A DNA stretch of 64,000 bases from an uncultured Eubacteriales bacterium (lineage in GTDB: Bacteria > Bacillota > Clostridia > Oscillospirales > QAKW01), in NCBI GenBank assembly GCA_902492505.1, contig CABULU010000001.1:7601-71600 (forward strand). The letters run 5' to 3'. The notes under the pieces were generated by a model. The model was given only the letters and a program-made list of their open reading frames with translations, searched no databases and was not told the origin of the DNA. Position 1 is the first letter of the stretch. Each line of letters opens with the position of its first letter. This document shows, piece by piece, positions 9,198-17,881 of this stretch. The position numbers were made by a program, and so were the translations under genes.

Positions 9198-11201
9198 ATG
9201 GATTTTAAAGGAAAAGTCATGAATAAAAACGGCGCCGCACTTGCGGGAGTTAAGGTGAGTAACGGCAGACATATCTGCCTAACGGACAGCGCCGGCGAAT
9301 TTTGTCTGCCGTACTGGGAAAGGTCATCTGCCGTTTTTGTAATGCTTCTAACAAACGGTCAGGATGACTGGTATATACTTACAGAGAACCGCAGGGAAGA
9401 TTACATATTTTATATAGACGCGGCAAAAACATCCGCGGAAAACTTCTGTTTTCTGCATATGTCCGATACGGAAATCGAAAACAAACGGTGTATATTTATG
9501 CCTGCCGTGCAGAAGGCTGTCACCGAAAACAAGCCCGCCTTTTTAATAAACACAGGCGATCTGTGCCGTGCCGACGGTGTAAAGTATCATATAAGGCAGA
9601 TGAACAGCCGCACCGCGGGCTGCCCCGTGCGCTACACTATTGGAAATCATGATTTTCTCGAAGGTCCTTACGGTGAATACTCCTATGAACGGCTGTACGG
9701 ACCGCTGTGGTATTCCTTCGATTGCGGGAACATTCATTTTGTGGCGGCTCCAATTGCAAAGGGAGATTTTCCGTCGGGCTATGACGAGGAGGACTTTTGG
9801 ATTTGGCTTGAAAAAGACATTGAAATGGTGAGACCGAGTCAAAAGCTTGTTATATTCGGTCATACTCACTGCAAAGACCTGCGTCAGTTCAGACCGAATA
9901 TAGGAGGCAAAGTGTACGACCTTCAGGCAGCAGGGCTTATCGCCTGGATTTTCGGTCACTACCATATTCACTGTACAAACGAAAGTGCGGGAATATTGAA
10001 TATCTGTACTTCGCAGCCGCACTGCGGCGGAATTGACTCATCCCCCAGCGGCATACGCCGGATAAGCATAAACGGCAGCACACTGTCAACCGACATAATC
10101 TTCAGTGCAAAAACATATACGTCCGACAGGGCGGAGTGGGAAACATCGCTGCCCGGACACATTCAGTTCTGCGACCCGTTAGAATGGAATGACAGCATTA
10201 TCATATGTACAAACGACGACGGATATCCTAAACAGTGTGGTATCTTCTGTCTTGACCGAAGCGGTGAAATCAAGTGGCGTTTCATGACCAAAAACGGTTT
10301 TCGCGGCTCTGCGGCATTATATAAGGATAAGCTGTACGCCCAGGACAGCGCAGGCATGCTGTACTGTCTTGACCCGTTAAACGGCGGGTTGATATGGAAA
10401 ACGCAGGCAAAGCTTAAACCGATAGGCGATACACGCTTGTCTGTTACCGCCGCCGGCGGAAAAGTATTCGGCGGCTGCCCGGGACTGATACAGGCATTTG
10501 ATGCGGACAGCGGAGCGCCGATTTGGTGCGCGCAGGAGCTTAGCAGTGAAAATTCACCTGCCGAACACATACTTGATGCGAACAACGGCAGACTGATTGT
10601 AAGCGCGCAATGGAGCTGTCTGTATGCCATAGACATAGAAGACGGAAAAATATGCTGGAAACAGGTCTGGGACTCATCGCCCGGCTTCCCCTGTCCGGCC
10701 TGGTTTCGCTCCTCCGCCCCGCTTTTACATGACGGACTCATATACGGTTCGGGAAATATTGGCGCGTTTATTCTTAATGCCAGCGACGGTGCGCTTATTT
10801 TACAGAAAAAGTTAGGCTGCAATACCGACTCGCGTTCCGCCCCCGTCATGGACAACAAAACGCTTTACATATCAACGGCGGACAGCGGAGTTTTAGCGCT
10901 CGACCCGAAAACACTTAATATACTGCGACGCTTTGAAACCGGTCCTGCCGGAATATATACCTCTCCGTACACATACGGAAATATAATGACTGTCGAAAGC
11001 CCGCTTATAATAAGAGGTAATCTTCTGATTTTTGCAGCGTCTGACGGAAATATCTATTTCTATGACAAAAACACGGCTGCGCTGAAAGAAAAGATACAGC
11101 TGGGCGCACCGGCGCTGACAGCACCGATTATAAAGGATAACAGCGTAACGGCGGCAGATTTTTATGCATGTGTCAGAAAATTTAAAATTAAAAACATATA
11201 A
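9198..11201 (+). CDS. fusion protein: CarboxypepD_reg-like N-domain, calcineurin-like metallophosphoesterase and PQQ-like beta-propeller repeats
   Basis: FKGKVMNKNGAALAGVKV at the N-terminus. Phosphoesterase motifs GDLCRADG, GNHD, FGHTH, GHYH. The C-terminal half has repeated G.LYCLD...G..IW-type propeller blades. Confidence 0.7.
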   Translation: MDFKGKVMNKNGAALAGVKVSNGRHICLTDSAGEFCLPYWERSSAVFVMLLTNGQDDWYILTENRREDYIFYIDAAKTSAENFCFLHMSDTEIENKRCIFMPAVQKAVTENKPAFLINTGDLCRADGVKYHIRQMNSRTAGCPVRYTIGNHDFLEGPYGEYSYERLYGPLWYSFDCGNIHFVAAPIAKGDFPSGYDEEDFWIWLEKDIEMVRPSQKLVIFGHTHCKDLRQFRPNIGGKVYDLQAAGLIAWIFGHYHIHCTNESAGILNICTSQPHCGGIDSSPSGIRRISINGSTLSTDIIFSAKTYTSDRAEWETSLPGHIQFCDPLEWNDSIIICTNDDGYPKQCGIFCLDRSGEIKWRFMTKNGFRGSAALYKDKLYAQDSAGMLYCLDPLNGGLIWKTQAKLKPIGDTRLSVTAAGGKVFGGCPGLIQAFDADSGAPIWCAQELSSENSPAEHILDANNGRLIVSAQWSCLYAIDIEDGKICWKQVWDSSPGFPCPAWFRSSAPLLHDGLIYGSGNIGAFILNASDGALILQKKLGCNTDSRSAPVMDNKTLYISTADSGVLALDPKTLNILRRFETGPAGIYTSPYTYGNIMTVESPLIIRGNLLIFAASDGNIYFYDKNTAALKEKIQLGAPALTAPIIKDNSVTAADFYACVRKFKIKNI

Positions 11202-11215
11202 GAATAACTAATTAC

Positions 11216-11254
11216 AAAAACTCTGCGGCAGTGTATACCGCAGAGTTTTATTTT
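11216..11254 (+). terminator. rho-independent terminator
   Basis: ctctgcgg (11221-11228) / ccgcagag (11238-11245), followed by ttttatttt. Confidence 0.75.
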
Positions 11255-11323
11255 CTGTTAAAAACAAAAATTATTGACATGTAAAAGACGATAAACGTAG
11301 TATAAACAGAAAGGAGATTTCAA

Positions 11324-11590
11324 ATGGATAACATAAATAAAATTTACTCTATATCGCCTCCGGGTCTCATGCGCCCCGACCGCGATGAACTTTCTGTTGA
11401 CAACTCAAACACGGCTTCGGCAGAAATGATGCCGGAATCAACACATGACTGTATCGACGGAATGCCGCTTGCAATGGCATACGTACCAAGACAGAAGTGG
11501 CAGAATATATACGAAAACAGCAAGGCGGTCATGCGCGGCACAATTTTCAGTGACCTTGACCTGCCATTCAAAGGAGCGGGGAAAAAATGA
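11324..11590 (+). CDS. cotJA: spore coat-associated protein CotJA
   Basis: MPLAMAYVPRQKWQNIYE...GTIFSDLDLPF is the CotJA signature. Confidence 0.85.
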   Translation: MDNINKIYSISPPGLMRPDRDELSVDNSNTASAEMMPESTHDCIDGMPLAMAYVPRQKWQNIYENSKAVMRGTIFSDLDLPFKGAGKK

Positions 11591-11850
11591 CAGAGAGAGA
11601 AAAAGCACTTATGCGCGTTCAGACATTCGGTTTTGCGGTAAATGAAGCGACACTGTTTCTGGATACGCACCCCAACAGCCGCGAGGCGCTTGACTACTAT
11701 CACAAAGCAGTCAAGGAATATAACGACGCAGTAAATATCTTTATTACAAACTTCGGTCCGCTTGAGGCAACTCAGGTCAAGAGCCGCGATAATTGGACGT
11801 GGACAGAGGGATGTATGCCGTGGGAGGGCGAATGCAATGTGGAATTATGA
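11587..11850 (+). CDS. cotJB: spore coat protein CotJB
   Basis: FAVNEATLFLDTHPNSREALDYY...FGPL is the CotJB signature. 4-nt overlap with cotJA. Confidence 0.85.
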   Translation: MTEREKALMRVQTFGFAVNEATLFLDTHPNSREALDYYHKAVKEYNDAVNIFITNFGPLEATQVKSRDNWTWTEGCMPWEGECNVEL

Positions 11851-12436
11851 AAAACGGCTTCAATACCCTGTAAGGATAAAAAAGCCGGACGGAATGGCGG
11901 CTAAAATTATAATAACTCAGTTTGGCGGACCGGACGGCGAGCTTGGTGCGTCACAACGGTATCTGGCACAACGTTACGCCATGCCATACGGCGACGTAGC
12001 AGGACTCTTAACGGATATCGGTACAGAAGAGCTTGCACACGTAGAAATGATTTGCGCTATTGTCCGCCAGCTTACAAAGGATCTGACAATAGATCAGATT
12101 GAGGAATCGGGACTTGCGCCCTACTTTGTCGATCATACGGTGGGACTGTGGCCGCAGTCTGCCGGCGGCGTGCCGTTTTCAGCAACGACTTTCCAGTCAA
12201 AAGGTGATCCGATAACGGACCTTACCGAAGACCTTGCAGCAGAACAAAAAGCACGTACTACCTATGACAATATTCTGCGTCTTGTCGATAATCCCGACGT
12301 TATCGACGCGATAAAATTTTTACGTGAGCGCGAAATAGTACATTTCCAGCGTTTCGGCGAAGCACTGCGTAACGTACAGGACCATCTTGACAGCAAGAAT
12401 TTTTACGCGATTAACCCCGCGTTTGACAATAAATAA
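11837..12436 (+). CDS. cotJC: spore coat protein CotJC (manganese catalase family)
   Basis: Start set at ATG 11837 (MWNYEKRLQYPV...). GELGASQRYL and EELAHVEM di-metal motifs. Overlaps cotJB by 14 nt. Confidence 0.85.
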   Translation: MWNYEKRLQYPVRIKKPDGMAAKIIITQFGGPDGELGASQRYLAQRYAMPYGDVAGLLTDIGTEELAHVEMICAIVRQLTKDLTIDQIEESGLAPYFVDHTVGLWPQSAGGVPFSATTFQSKGDPITDLTEDLAAEQKARTTYDNILRLVDNPDVIDAIKFLREREIVHFQRFGEALRNVQDHLDSKNFYAINPAFDNK

Positions 12437-12477
12437 ACCCCCTTTTCCACGTACCGTTTCGGTACGTTCATATATAT

Positions 12478-12503
12478 GCCCGCGTTTTACGCGGGCAATT
12501 TTT
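12478..12503 (+). terminator. rho-independent terminator after cotJC
   Basis: gcccgcg (12478-12484) / cgcgggc (12490-12496), then aattttt. A second hairpin acgtaccg/cggtacgt lies just upstream. Confidence 0.6.
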
Positions 12504-12547
12504 GTATATAAAAACAGAACAGAATATTTTTCTGTCCTGTTTTTCGG

Positions 12548-13045
12548 TTATTTTCCGCCGCCGTCACTCTTTGCCAGAGCAGTAAGCCTGTCTCCCGTCA
12601 CCCTGTAAACGGTCCAGCCGTCCATAGGTCTTGCACCGCGGGACTTATAAAACTCAACCGACGGAGTATTCCAGTCAAGGCATGACCATTCCAGTCTGCC
12701 GCAGCCCTCACGCACAGCGATTTGCGCAAGCTCGCACAGCAGCCTGCCTCCCACTCCCCTGCCGCGAAAGTCAGGACTGACAAACAGATCCTCAAGATAT
12801 ATACCGCGTTTCCCCAAAAATGTTGAAAAGCTATAAAAGTACAGCGCAAATCCGCACGGTGTTTCACCGCAAAGGGCAATAAGCGCACGAGCGCCCCCTT
12901 TATCAAACATCTCCCGCCTCAGCGTTTCTTCGTCAGCCGTCACTTCATGATTTAGATTCTCATATTCCGCAAGCCCGCGGATAAATTCCAAAATTACCGG
13001 AATATCCTCTACGCCCGCTTCTTTTACCGTTATTTTCTGTTCCAT
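12548..13045 (-). CDS. GNAT-family N-acetyltransferase (diamine acetyltransferase-like)
   Basis: RGRGVGGRLL acetyl-CoA motif. Start chosen at ATG 13045 (AGGTG upstream) rather than 13072, which has no RBS and overlaps the upstream gene. Confidence 0.75.
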   Translation of the reverse strand: MEQKITVKEAGVEDIPVILEFIRGLAEYENLNHEVTADEETLRREMFDKGGARALIALCGETPCGFALYFYSFSTFLGKRGIYLEDLFVSPDFRGRGVGGRLLCELAQIAVREGCGRLEWSCLDWNTPSVEFYKSRGARPMDGWTVYRVTGDRLTALAKSDGGGK

Positions 13046-13052
13046 AACGCAC

Positions 13053-13724
13053 CTAAATAAGCTGCTGCTCATTTATTATCAGCTTGAATGACGCATTCAG
13101 TCTCTGAGCCGCCTTGCGGCAGAGTATCATGCGTGCGGAATAAATCTCAAAATAATCAATAACAGGACACAGATTTGTATCTATTGTAAGGCTGAGCCTG
13201 ATTTCTCGCGTCTGCGCATCCACAAAAATCTGCGAGCTTTTAACCGAATAGTTTACCCTGTCGTGAATATCAAAGCTCGAAACATCCGTAACATTGCGCA
13301 CGCGGTTTGCGCGCACGTCTGTTTTATCTGCAAGTATAAGCGCCGCAGAAATATTGCTGACGGGAAATGCCGTGCGCTCGTCATGATGCCCCACAGCAGT
13401 TATTATATCTGCCTTATCCTCAACATCACAGTTCATTCGAGTCAGTATCGAATAGGCTAAAATCCCTCCTGACTGAGCGTGGTCGTCACGGTTGATTACG
13501 TTTCCGATATCATGAAGATATCCCGCTATTTTCGCCTTTTCACACTCCCGCTCGTCAAATCCCAGTGTAGATAATATATTATAGGCGGTATGCGCCACCT
13601 TATCAACGTGTGCGAAGCAATGCTCCGTATAGCCGATAGCGGTCATAACGTCATCCGCCTTTTTAATCAGGATATGTACCTCCGGATCATTTTTTATCTG
13701 TTCATAAGTTATCATGGTTTTCAA
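13053..13724 (-). CDS. HD-domain phosphohydrolase
   Basis: HCFAHV...GYLHDIGN...HHDE are HD-superfamily metal ligands. Confidence 0.75.
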   Translation of the reverse strand: MKTMITYEQIKNDPEVHILIKKADDVMTAIGYTEHCFAHVDKVAHTAYNILSTLGFDERECEKAKIAGYLHDIGNVINRDDHAQSGGILAYSILTRMNCDVEDKADIITAVGHHDERTAFPVSNISAALILADKTDVRANRVRNVTDVSSFDIHDRVNYSVKSSQIFVDAQTREIRLSLTIDTNLCPVIDYFEIYSARMILCRKAAQRLNASFKLIINEQQLI

Positions 13725-13728
13725 CTCC

Positions 13729-14415
13729 TCATTTTAAAAACTTTACTGCCCGCTCGACGGAATCTTTCGAGTTTTTCCAATCCTCATCCTTATACCGATA
13801 ATCAAATTTTTTGCAAAACCAGTCCAGATCCCCCAAAAGCTCCTGCGCATACGCGCCGTTTACGTCATTCAGCGACTTACAAAATCCGCGATATGCCTCC
13901 TTGGACAGCTCTCTGCCCGCCGCCTTCAGCAGACAGTGCATATGCCTAATACAATAATACGGCTGCTCACGCATACGCCCGTCAAATTCCTGATCCGACT
14001 TAAACATATACGCAAACGCCGAATAAGTGGCGCTCATAAACTCGCGTTTTCGCGCACATACATAGCAGCTTTTACGCTTTTCTTCCAATACTGCAAGCTG
14101 CTTTTTCGGGTCAGGCGTATTTTTCAGCATAGGAATGCTGTCGCGGTACAGCTTTTTTGCAAACTCAGCCAAATGCGTTTGCAGCATCAAAGCCAGAGAC
14201 AGCTTATTGGACATCCCAAGCAGACGCTCAAGATGATTCTCACAAAAGCCCTGCTCGTTGGTCTTTATACGTACATCCGGCTCCATCATCGCCGCACCCA
14301 AAATCCGTTTTAGCTCGTCCGCCTCCAGCTTATCCTCGACAGTGCAGAGCGGACAGCCGCATTTTTGGTTCATAGCTTCCGTAATCCGTATTGTGTAAAT
14401 TTTTTCGTTTGACAT
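13729..14415 (-). CDS. Cys-rich protein of unknown function
   Basis: 228-aa ORF with CGCPLC, FCENH, CYVC and YYCIRH motifs (putative Zn sites). The stop lies 4 nt upstream of the HD gene start. Confidence 0.6.
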   Translation of the reverse strand: MSNEKIYTIRITEAMNQKCGCPLCTVEDKLEADELKRILGAAMMEPDVRIKTNEQGFCENHLERLLGMSNKLSLALMLQTHLAEFAKKLYRDSIPMLKNTPDPKKQLAVLEEKRKSCYVCARKREFMSATYSAFAYMFKSDQEFDGRMREQPYYCIRHMHCLLKAAGRELSKEAYRGFCKSLNDVNGAYAQELLGDLDWFCKKFDYRYKDEDWKNSKDSVERAVKFLK

Positions 14416-14454
14416 CTTTTATTATTTCCCTTTTTATGCTATACTTATTATATT

Positions 14455-15303
14455 ATGAATACTGAATTTTTTGAAAACAAAATAATAATCAAAAACGCCG
14501 CGGGATTTGATTTGAAAAAGACGTTTGAATGCGGACAGTGTTTTCGCTTTGACAGCGTGGGCGACGCCTTTGAGGGGGTCGCCTGCGGCAAACTGCTGAC
14601 ACTGAAAAACACCGGCGGCGACATTGAAATCACGGGTATTACAAAGAAAGAATTTGAAACGTCGTTTATCCGCTTTTTTGACCTTGAGCGGGACTACCTT
14701 GAAATCGACACCGCCCTTGCAAGCGACCCTGTATTAAAAACGATTATTCCGTTTTCAACCGGTATACGCATATTGCGTCAGGAGCCGTTTGAAGCGCTTA
14801 CCTCGTTTATCATATCCGCCTCAAACAACATTCCGCGAATCAAAAAAATAATCGGTCTGCTGTGCGAAAACTTCGGTGAAAAGCACGAATTAAACGGGCG
14901 CATTTATCACTCGTTTCCGAACGCTGAGACACTTGCCGGGCATTCGCTCTCCGACTTTGCGGTAATCCGCGCGGGATTCAGAGACAAATACATACTTGAC
15001 TGCGCCAAAAAGGTAAGCTCAGGCGAGATAGACCTTGACGGCGTTGCAAAAATGCCCTACTGCGACGCGGCACGTGAACTAATGAAAATAAAAGGCGTCG
15101 GACAAAAGGTTGCCGACTGTGCGCTTTTATTCGGGTTTGGATTTTTAGACAGCTTTCCCAAAGACGTATGGATAAAGCGCGTATTAAAAAACTACTACAA
15201 CACCGAAGACAGTTCAGCGCTCGACTTCCACGGCTACGGCGGGATTGCACAGCAGTATCTGTTCTACTACGCCAGGGAAACGGCGCTGCGCGACAACGCA
15301 TAA
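14455..15303 (+). CDS. ogg: 8-oxoguanine DNA glycosylase / HhH-GPD family (Ogg-like)
   Basis: N-terminal FECGQCFRF. HhH-GPD segment IKGVGQKVADCALLFGF..FPKDVWIKRV. Confidence 0.8.
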   Translation: MNTEFFENKIIIKNAAGFDLKKTFECGQCFRFDSVGDAFEGVACGKLLTLKNTGGDIEITGITKKEFETSFIRFFDLERDYLEIDTALASDPVLKTIIPFSTGIRILRQEPFEALTSFIISASNNIPRIKKIIGLLCENFGEKHELNGRIYHSFPNAETLAGHSLSDFAVIRAGFRDKYILDCAKKVSSGEIDLDGVAKMPYCDAARELMKIKGVGQKVADCALLFGFGFLDSFPKDVWIKRVLKNYYNTEDSSALDFHGYGGIAQQYLFYYARETALRDNA

Positions 15304-15345
15304 GCGCCTGTGAATATCATAACATTTTCGGGAGAAAAAAACAAT

Positions 15346-15657
15346 ATGCTATTCGGCAAAAAGAAAAATAAAGCACGCTCGCCCTCGGCAGAGCTGATAC
15401 TTTCCCGCCACGGCAGGGAAATACAGTACATGACCCGCCGGGGCGCTACAGCCGCCGACGAAACGATAATCGGCAAAGACGGAGTTATAAATATCGTTGA
15501 AAACGAGCTTGTCATAAGCTGCGGCAACGATATTATTTTCCGCGCGCCGATAGACGCACTGCAGGCGTACGAGCTGATGAACCTGTCCGGAATTAACCTT
15601 GTCTTTAACGGCATCTCCTACGTTGCGTACTACACAAAAGGGATAGAAAACAAATGA
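15346..15657 (+). CDS. hypothetical small protein
   Basis: Start set at ATG 15346 (GGGAGA upstream). 103 aa, no family recognised. 4-nt overlap with the downstream HD gene. Confidence 0.5.
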   Translation: MLFGKKKNKARSPSAELILSRHGREIQYMTRRGATAADETIIGKDGVINIVENELVISCGNDIIFRAPIDALQAYELMNLSGINLVFNGISYVAYYTKGIENK

Positions 15658-16241
15658 ACAACGCTTTTTTCGCATTCATATCACGTATGAAATATATCAA
15701 TCGCTGGGGACTTATGCACAATTCGAGATATGAAAATCTGTCGGAGCACAGCTTTGAAACGGCATATATCGCAAATGCACTTGCCAGCATAGAAAATACC
15801 ATGTTTGGCGGTAAATACGAAACGGAAAGAATTACCACGCGTGCGTTGTTCCATGACAGCGCCGAAATAATTACGGGTGACATGCCCACCCCCGTTAAGT
15901 ACAAAAGCGATACCATGGCGGGCGCGTATGCGCAATCTGAGGCGAGCGCCAGAGAAACTCTGCTGCGCGGTCTGACGCCCGAGCTTTTGGAAATATACCG
16001 CGGATATCTGAGCTTTGATGAGGGTGATGACGCAGAAATAATTAAAGCTGCTGACAAGCTGTCGGCGCTTATCAAATGCACTGAGGAGATTAACATCGGC
16101 AACCGGGACTTTATAAGCGCCGAAAAGACTATTCGCAATACACTCAAAAACTCAAAGCTGCAAAGCGTTCGCTACTTTATGGATAATATACTTCCCTGCT
16201 TCTCACTGACACTGGATGAGCTCTCAGAGCTTACAAAATAA
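15654..16241 (+). CDS. YfbR-like HD-domain 5'-deoxynucleotidase
   Basis: RMKYINRWGLM...ENLSEHSFE...LFHDSAEIITGDMPTP matches the YfbR family. Confidence 0.8.
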   Translation: MNNAFFAFISRMKYINRWGLMHNSRYENLSEHSFETAYIANALASIENTMFGGKYETERITTRALFHDSAEIITGDMPTPVKYKSDTMAGAYAQSEASARETLLRGLTPELLEIYRGYLSFDEGDDAEIIKAADKLSALIKCTEEINIGNRDFISAEKTIRNTLKNSKLQSVRYFMDNILPCFSLTLDELSELTK

Positions 16242-16277
16242 AAGTGTGAAAACTTTAAGTTTTCACACTTTTATTTT
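16241..16277. terminator. bidirectional hairpin terminator
   Basis: aaagtgtgaaaac / gttttcacacttt with a T-run, between convergent genes. Confidence 0.7.
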
Positions 16278-16498
16278 TAATAAATATCCTGCTCATCTTC
16301 CTGTTCTACATACTCCACAATATCCTCTAACCTGCAATTAAGCGCGACGCAAAGCTTATTCAATGTTTTAGTTTCGGTATTTTTATTATTTTTCAGTCTG
16401 TTAATGGTTTTACCGTCAATGCCGTACTTCTCACGAAGCGTATATGTGCTGACACCCTTCTGATTCATAATTTCCCATAATTTATCAAATCTAATCAT
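16277..16498 (-). CDS. small XRE-family HTH DNA-binding protein
   Basis: Start set at ATG 16498 (AGAGGTG 6 nt upstream). MIRFDKLWEIMNQKGVSTYTLREKYGIDGKTINRLKNN is a typical HTH. The gene is AT-rich. Confidence 0.75.
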   Translation of the reverse strand: MIRFDKLWEIMNQKGVSTYTLREKYGIDGKTINRLKNNKNTETKTLNKLCVALNCRLEDIVEYVEQEDEQDIY

Positions 16499-16606
16499 CG
16501 CACGCACCTCTTACATATATTATGTCGAATTTTGTCGTATTTGTTAAGAGGATATATTCCACTATATAGGAAATTTAGGTAATTTTTTACTATTTACCGT
16601 AGAATT

Positions 16607-16622
16607 TTACGTATTTCCGTAA
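16607..16622. promoter_or_regulatory. inverted repeat TTACG-N6-CGTAA upstream of the XRE gene (possible operator)
   Basis: Read directly from the sequence. Related TTACCGTA and TTACGTA words lie just upstream (16594-16613). Confidence 0.3.
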
Positions 16623-16721
16623 AAAAATATGAGGAAGAAAAAAACAGTAGTATTTTCCCTTGTTGACAATCTGTCTACTATGCGTTACAACATAGCAATA
16701 ATATTAATAAATAGTAGAATG

Positions 16722-16764
16722 CAATCGAGTGTTCATAACCATATTCGTTACAAACACTCGATTG
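16722..16764. repeat. perfect 12-bp inverted repeat with a 19-nt loop in a non-coding region
   Basis: CAATCGAGTGTT (16722-16733) / AACACTCGATTG (16753-16764). Confidence 0.6.
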
Positions 16765-16888
16765 GAACATCGCAACAGCATATATGCCACAACTTTCAGG
16801 TTTCCGCCCGAAACCAAATTACAACTCAGCACAACGGTTGTGATTTGGAAAGGATAAGAGCGGCGTAAGTGCGATCAGCTTATAAAAT

Positions 16889-16924
16889 AAGTCGGAGCAA
16901 TCTTTGTATCGCTTGCTCCGACTT
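16889..16924 (-). terminator. terminator of the tRNA-Leu transcription unit
   Basis: aagtcggagcaa / ttgctccgactt stem directly after the tRNA 3' end, followed on the minus strand by TTATTTTAT. Confidence 0.6.
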
Positions 16925-17010
16925 GGTGCCGGTAACCGGACTCGAACCGGTACGGTATTGCTACCACGGGATTTTAAGTCCCGGGCGTCTGCCAGTTCCG
17001 CCACACCGGC
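16924..17010 (-). tRNA. tRNA-Leu (anticodon UAA), CCA encoded
   Basis: The reverse complement is GCCGGTGTGGCGGAACTGGCAGACGC...CGGGACTTAAAATCCCG...long variable arm...CGGTTCGAGTCCGGTTACCGGCACCA. It has a 7-bp acceptor stem, a T-loop GGTTCGAGTCC and a class II variable arm. Confidence 0.9.
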
Positions 17011-17035
17011 ACATACGGCTTACCGCGTACCAGTA

Positions 17036-17064
17036 ATTATATACTAAAGTACATCACTTGTCAA
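17036..17064 (-). promoter_or_regulatory. consensus sigma-A promoter for tRNA-Leu
   Basis: On the minus strand: TTGACA (17064-17059), 17 nt spacer, TATAAT (17041-17036). The -35 lies within the last codons of ymdB. Confidence 0.6.
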
Positions 17065-17881
17065 CACTGACAAGACGTATATCCGTACATTTTTTACTCA
17101 CGGGATCTATATTGGCAAAAATGCCGCTGAGTATGCATCTCCCCTTGCCGTCTGTTATTTTCCTGCGCTCATCGGGATACCTGAAATTATGCACGCAGCA
17201 TTCAACGGACTTACCCAAAACCGCATTTTTAACACCCGTCATCCCGATATCGGTAATATAACCCGTTCCACACGGAAGTATCTGTGCGTCATTTGTCTGA
17301 ACATGCGTACCGAACACAAGCGATACGCGACCGTCCAGAAAAAAGCCGAGAGCGCGCTTTTCACTTGTTGCCTCAGCATGAAAATCCACGACTGTAACGG
17401 CGTCAGTATCAATCACATCGCCGTCAGGAGCACTAATCCAGCCGTAATTTTCCTGACGGTTGTCGGTTTCGCCCTGAAGCAGGCGCTGAACACACCCGAA
17501 CGGATTTTCACACTCGCTCATATAAAGCGACCCCGATAAATTTATAACCCGCAGCCGCTCCCTGCCAAAGTCCAAAGTGAGCTCCCCCCTGCCCGCCGTA
17601 ACCGCCGTCGCATTGGCAGGTCGAATTATCCGCTTTTGTTCCTCATGCAGCTCAAACGCGCTCTTTTTCTGAAACGAGTGATTTCCGCCCGTTACAACAT
17701 CGGCGCCCGCCGCCATTATCGCCTCGTATGCGGCAAGTTCAACACCGTTTCCGAGCGCTGAGTTTTCACCGTTTACGATTACGGCGTCAGCTTCAAATTC
17801 GCGCCTTAGCCGTGGCAGGCTTCTTTCAAGAATTTCCACGCCCTCACGGGAAACCACGTCACCAATACATAATATTCTCAT
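17054..17881 (-). CDS. ymdB: YmdB-family metallophosphoesterase (2',3'-cyclic-nucleotide phosphodiesterase-like)
   Basis: MRILCIGDVVSREG...VIVNGENSALGNG...DFHAEATSEK is the YmdB/TIGR00282 signature. Confidence 0.85.
   Translation of the reverse strand: MRILCIGDVVSREGVEILERSLPRLRREFEADAVIVNGENSALGNGVELAAYEAIMAAGADVVTGGNHSFQKKSAFELHEEQKRIIRPANATAVTAGRGELTLDFGRERLRVINLSGSLYMSECENPFGCVQRLLQGETDNRQENYGWISAPDGDVIDTDAVTVVDFHAEATSEKRALGFFLDGRVSLVFGTHVQTNDAQILPCGTGYITDIGMTGVKNAVLGKSVECCVHNFRYPDERRKITDGKGRCILSGIFANIDPVSKKCTDIRLVSVDK

Noticed and set aside
10163-10858. 231-aa antisense ORF, plus similar long antisense ORFs at 24562-25305, 27113-27703, 31268-31873, 35207-35590, 44004-44609 and 48186-48539
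   Set aside because: All lie fully inside well-supported genes on the opposite strand. They have no RBS and low-complexity or Arg/Ser-rich translations.
16629-16868. 79-aa plus-strand ORF in the non-coding region beside tRNA-Leu
   Set aside because: It has no RBS, odd composition and spans the 12-bp inverted repeat. I treat the region as non-coding.
16499-16923. tRNA-Leu as the attachment site of an integrated element
   Set aside because: I found no direct repeat of the tRNA 3' end and no integrase or recombinase gene nearby. Only composition and the lone XRE gene hint at foreign origin.
16819-17004. 61-aa ORF (MAELADARDLKSRG...)
   Set aside because: It is a translation through tRNA-Leu and its terminator, which is a classic tRNA-derived spurious ORF.
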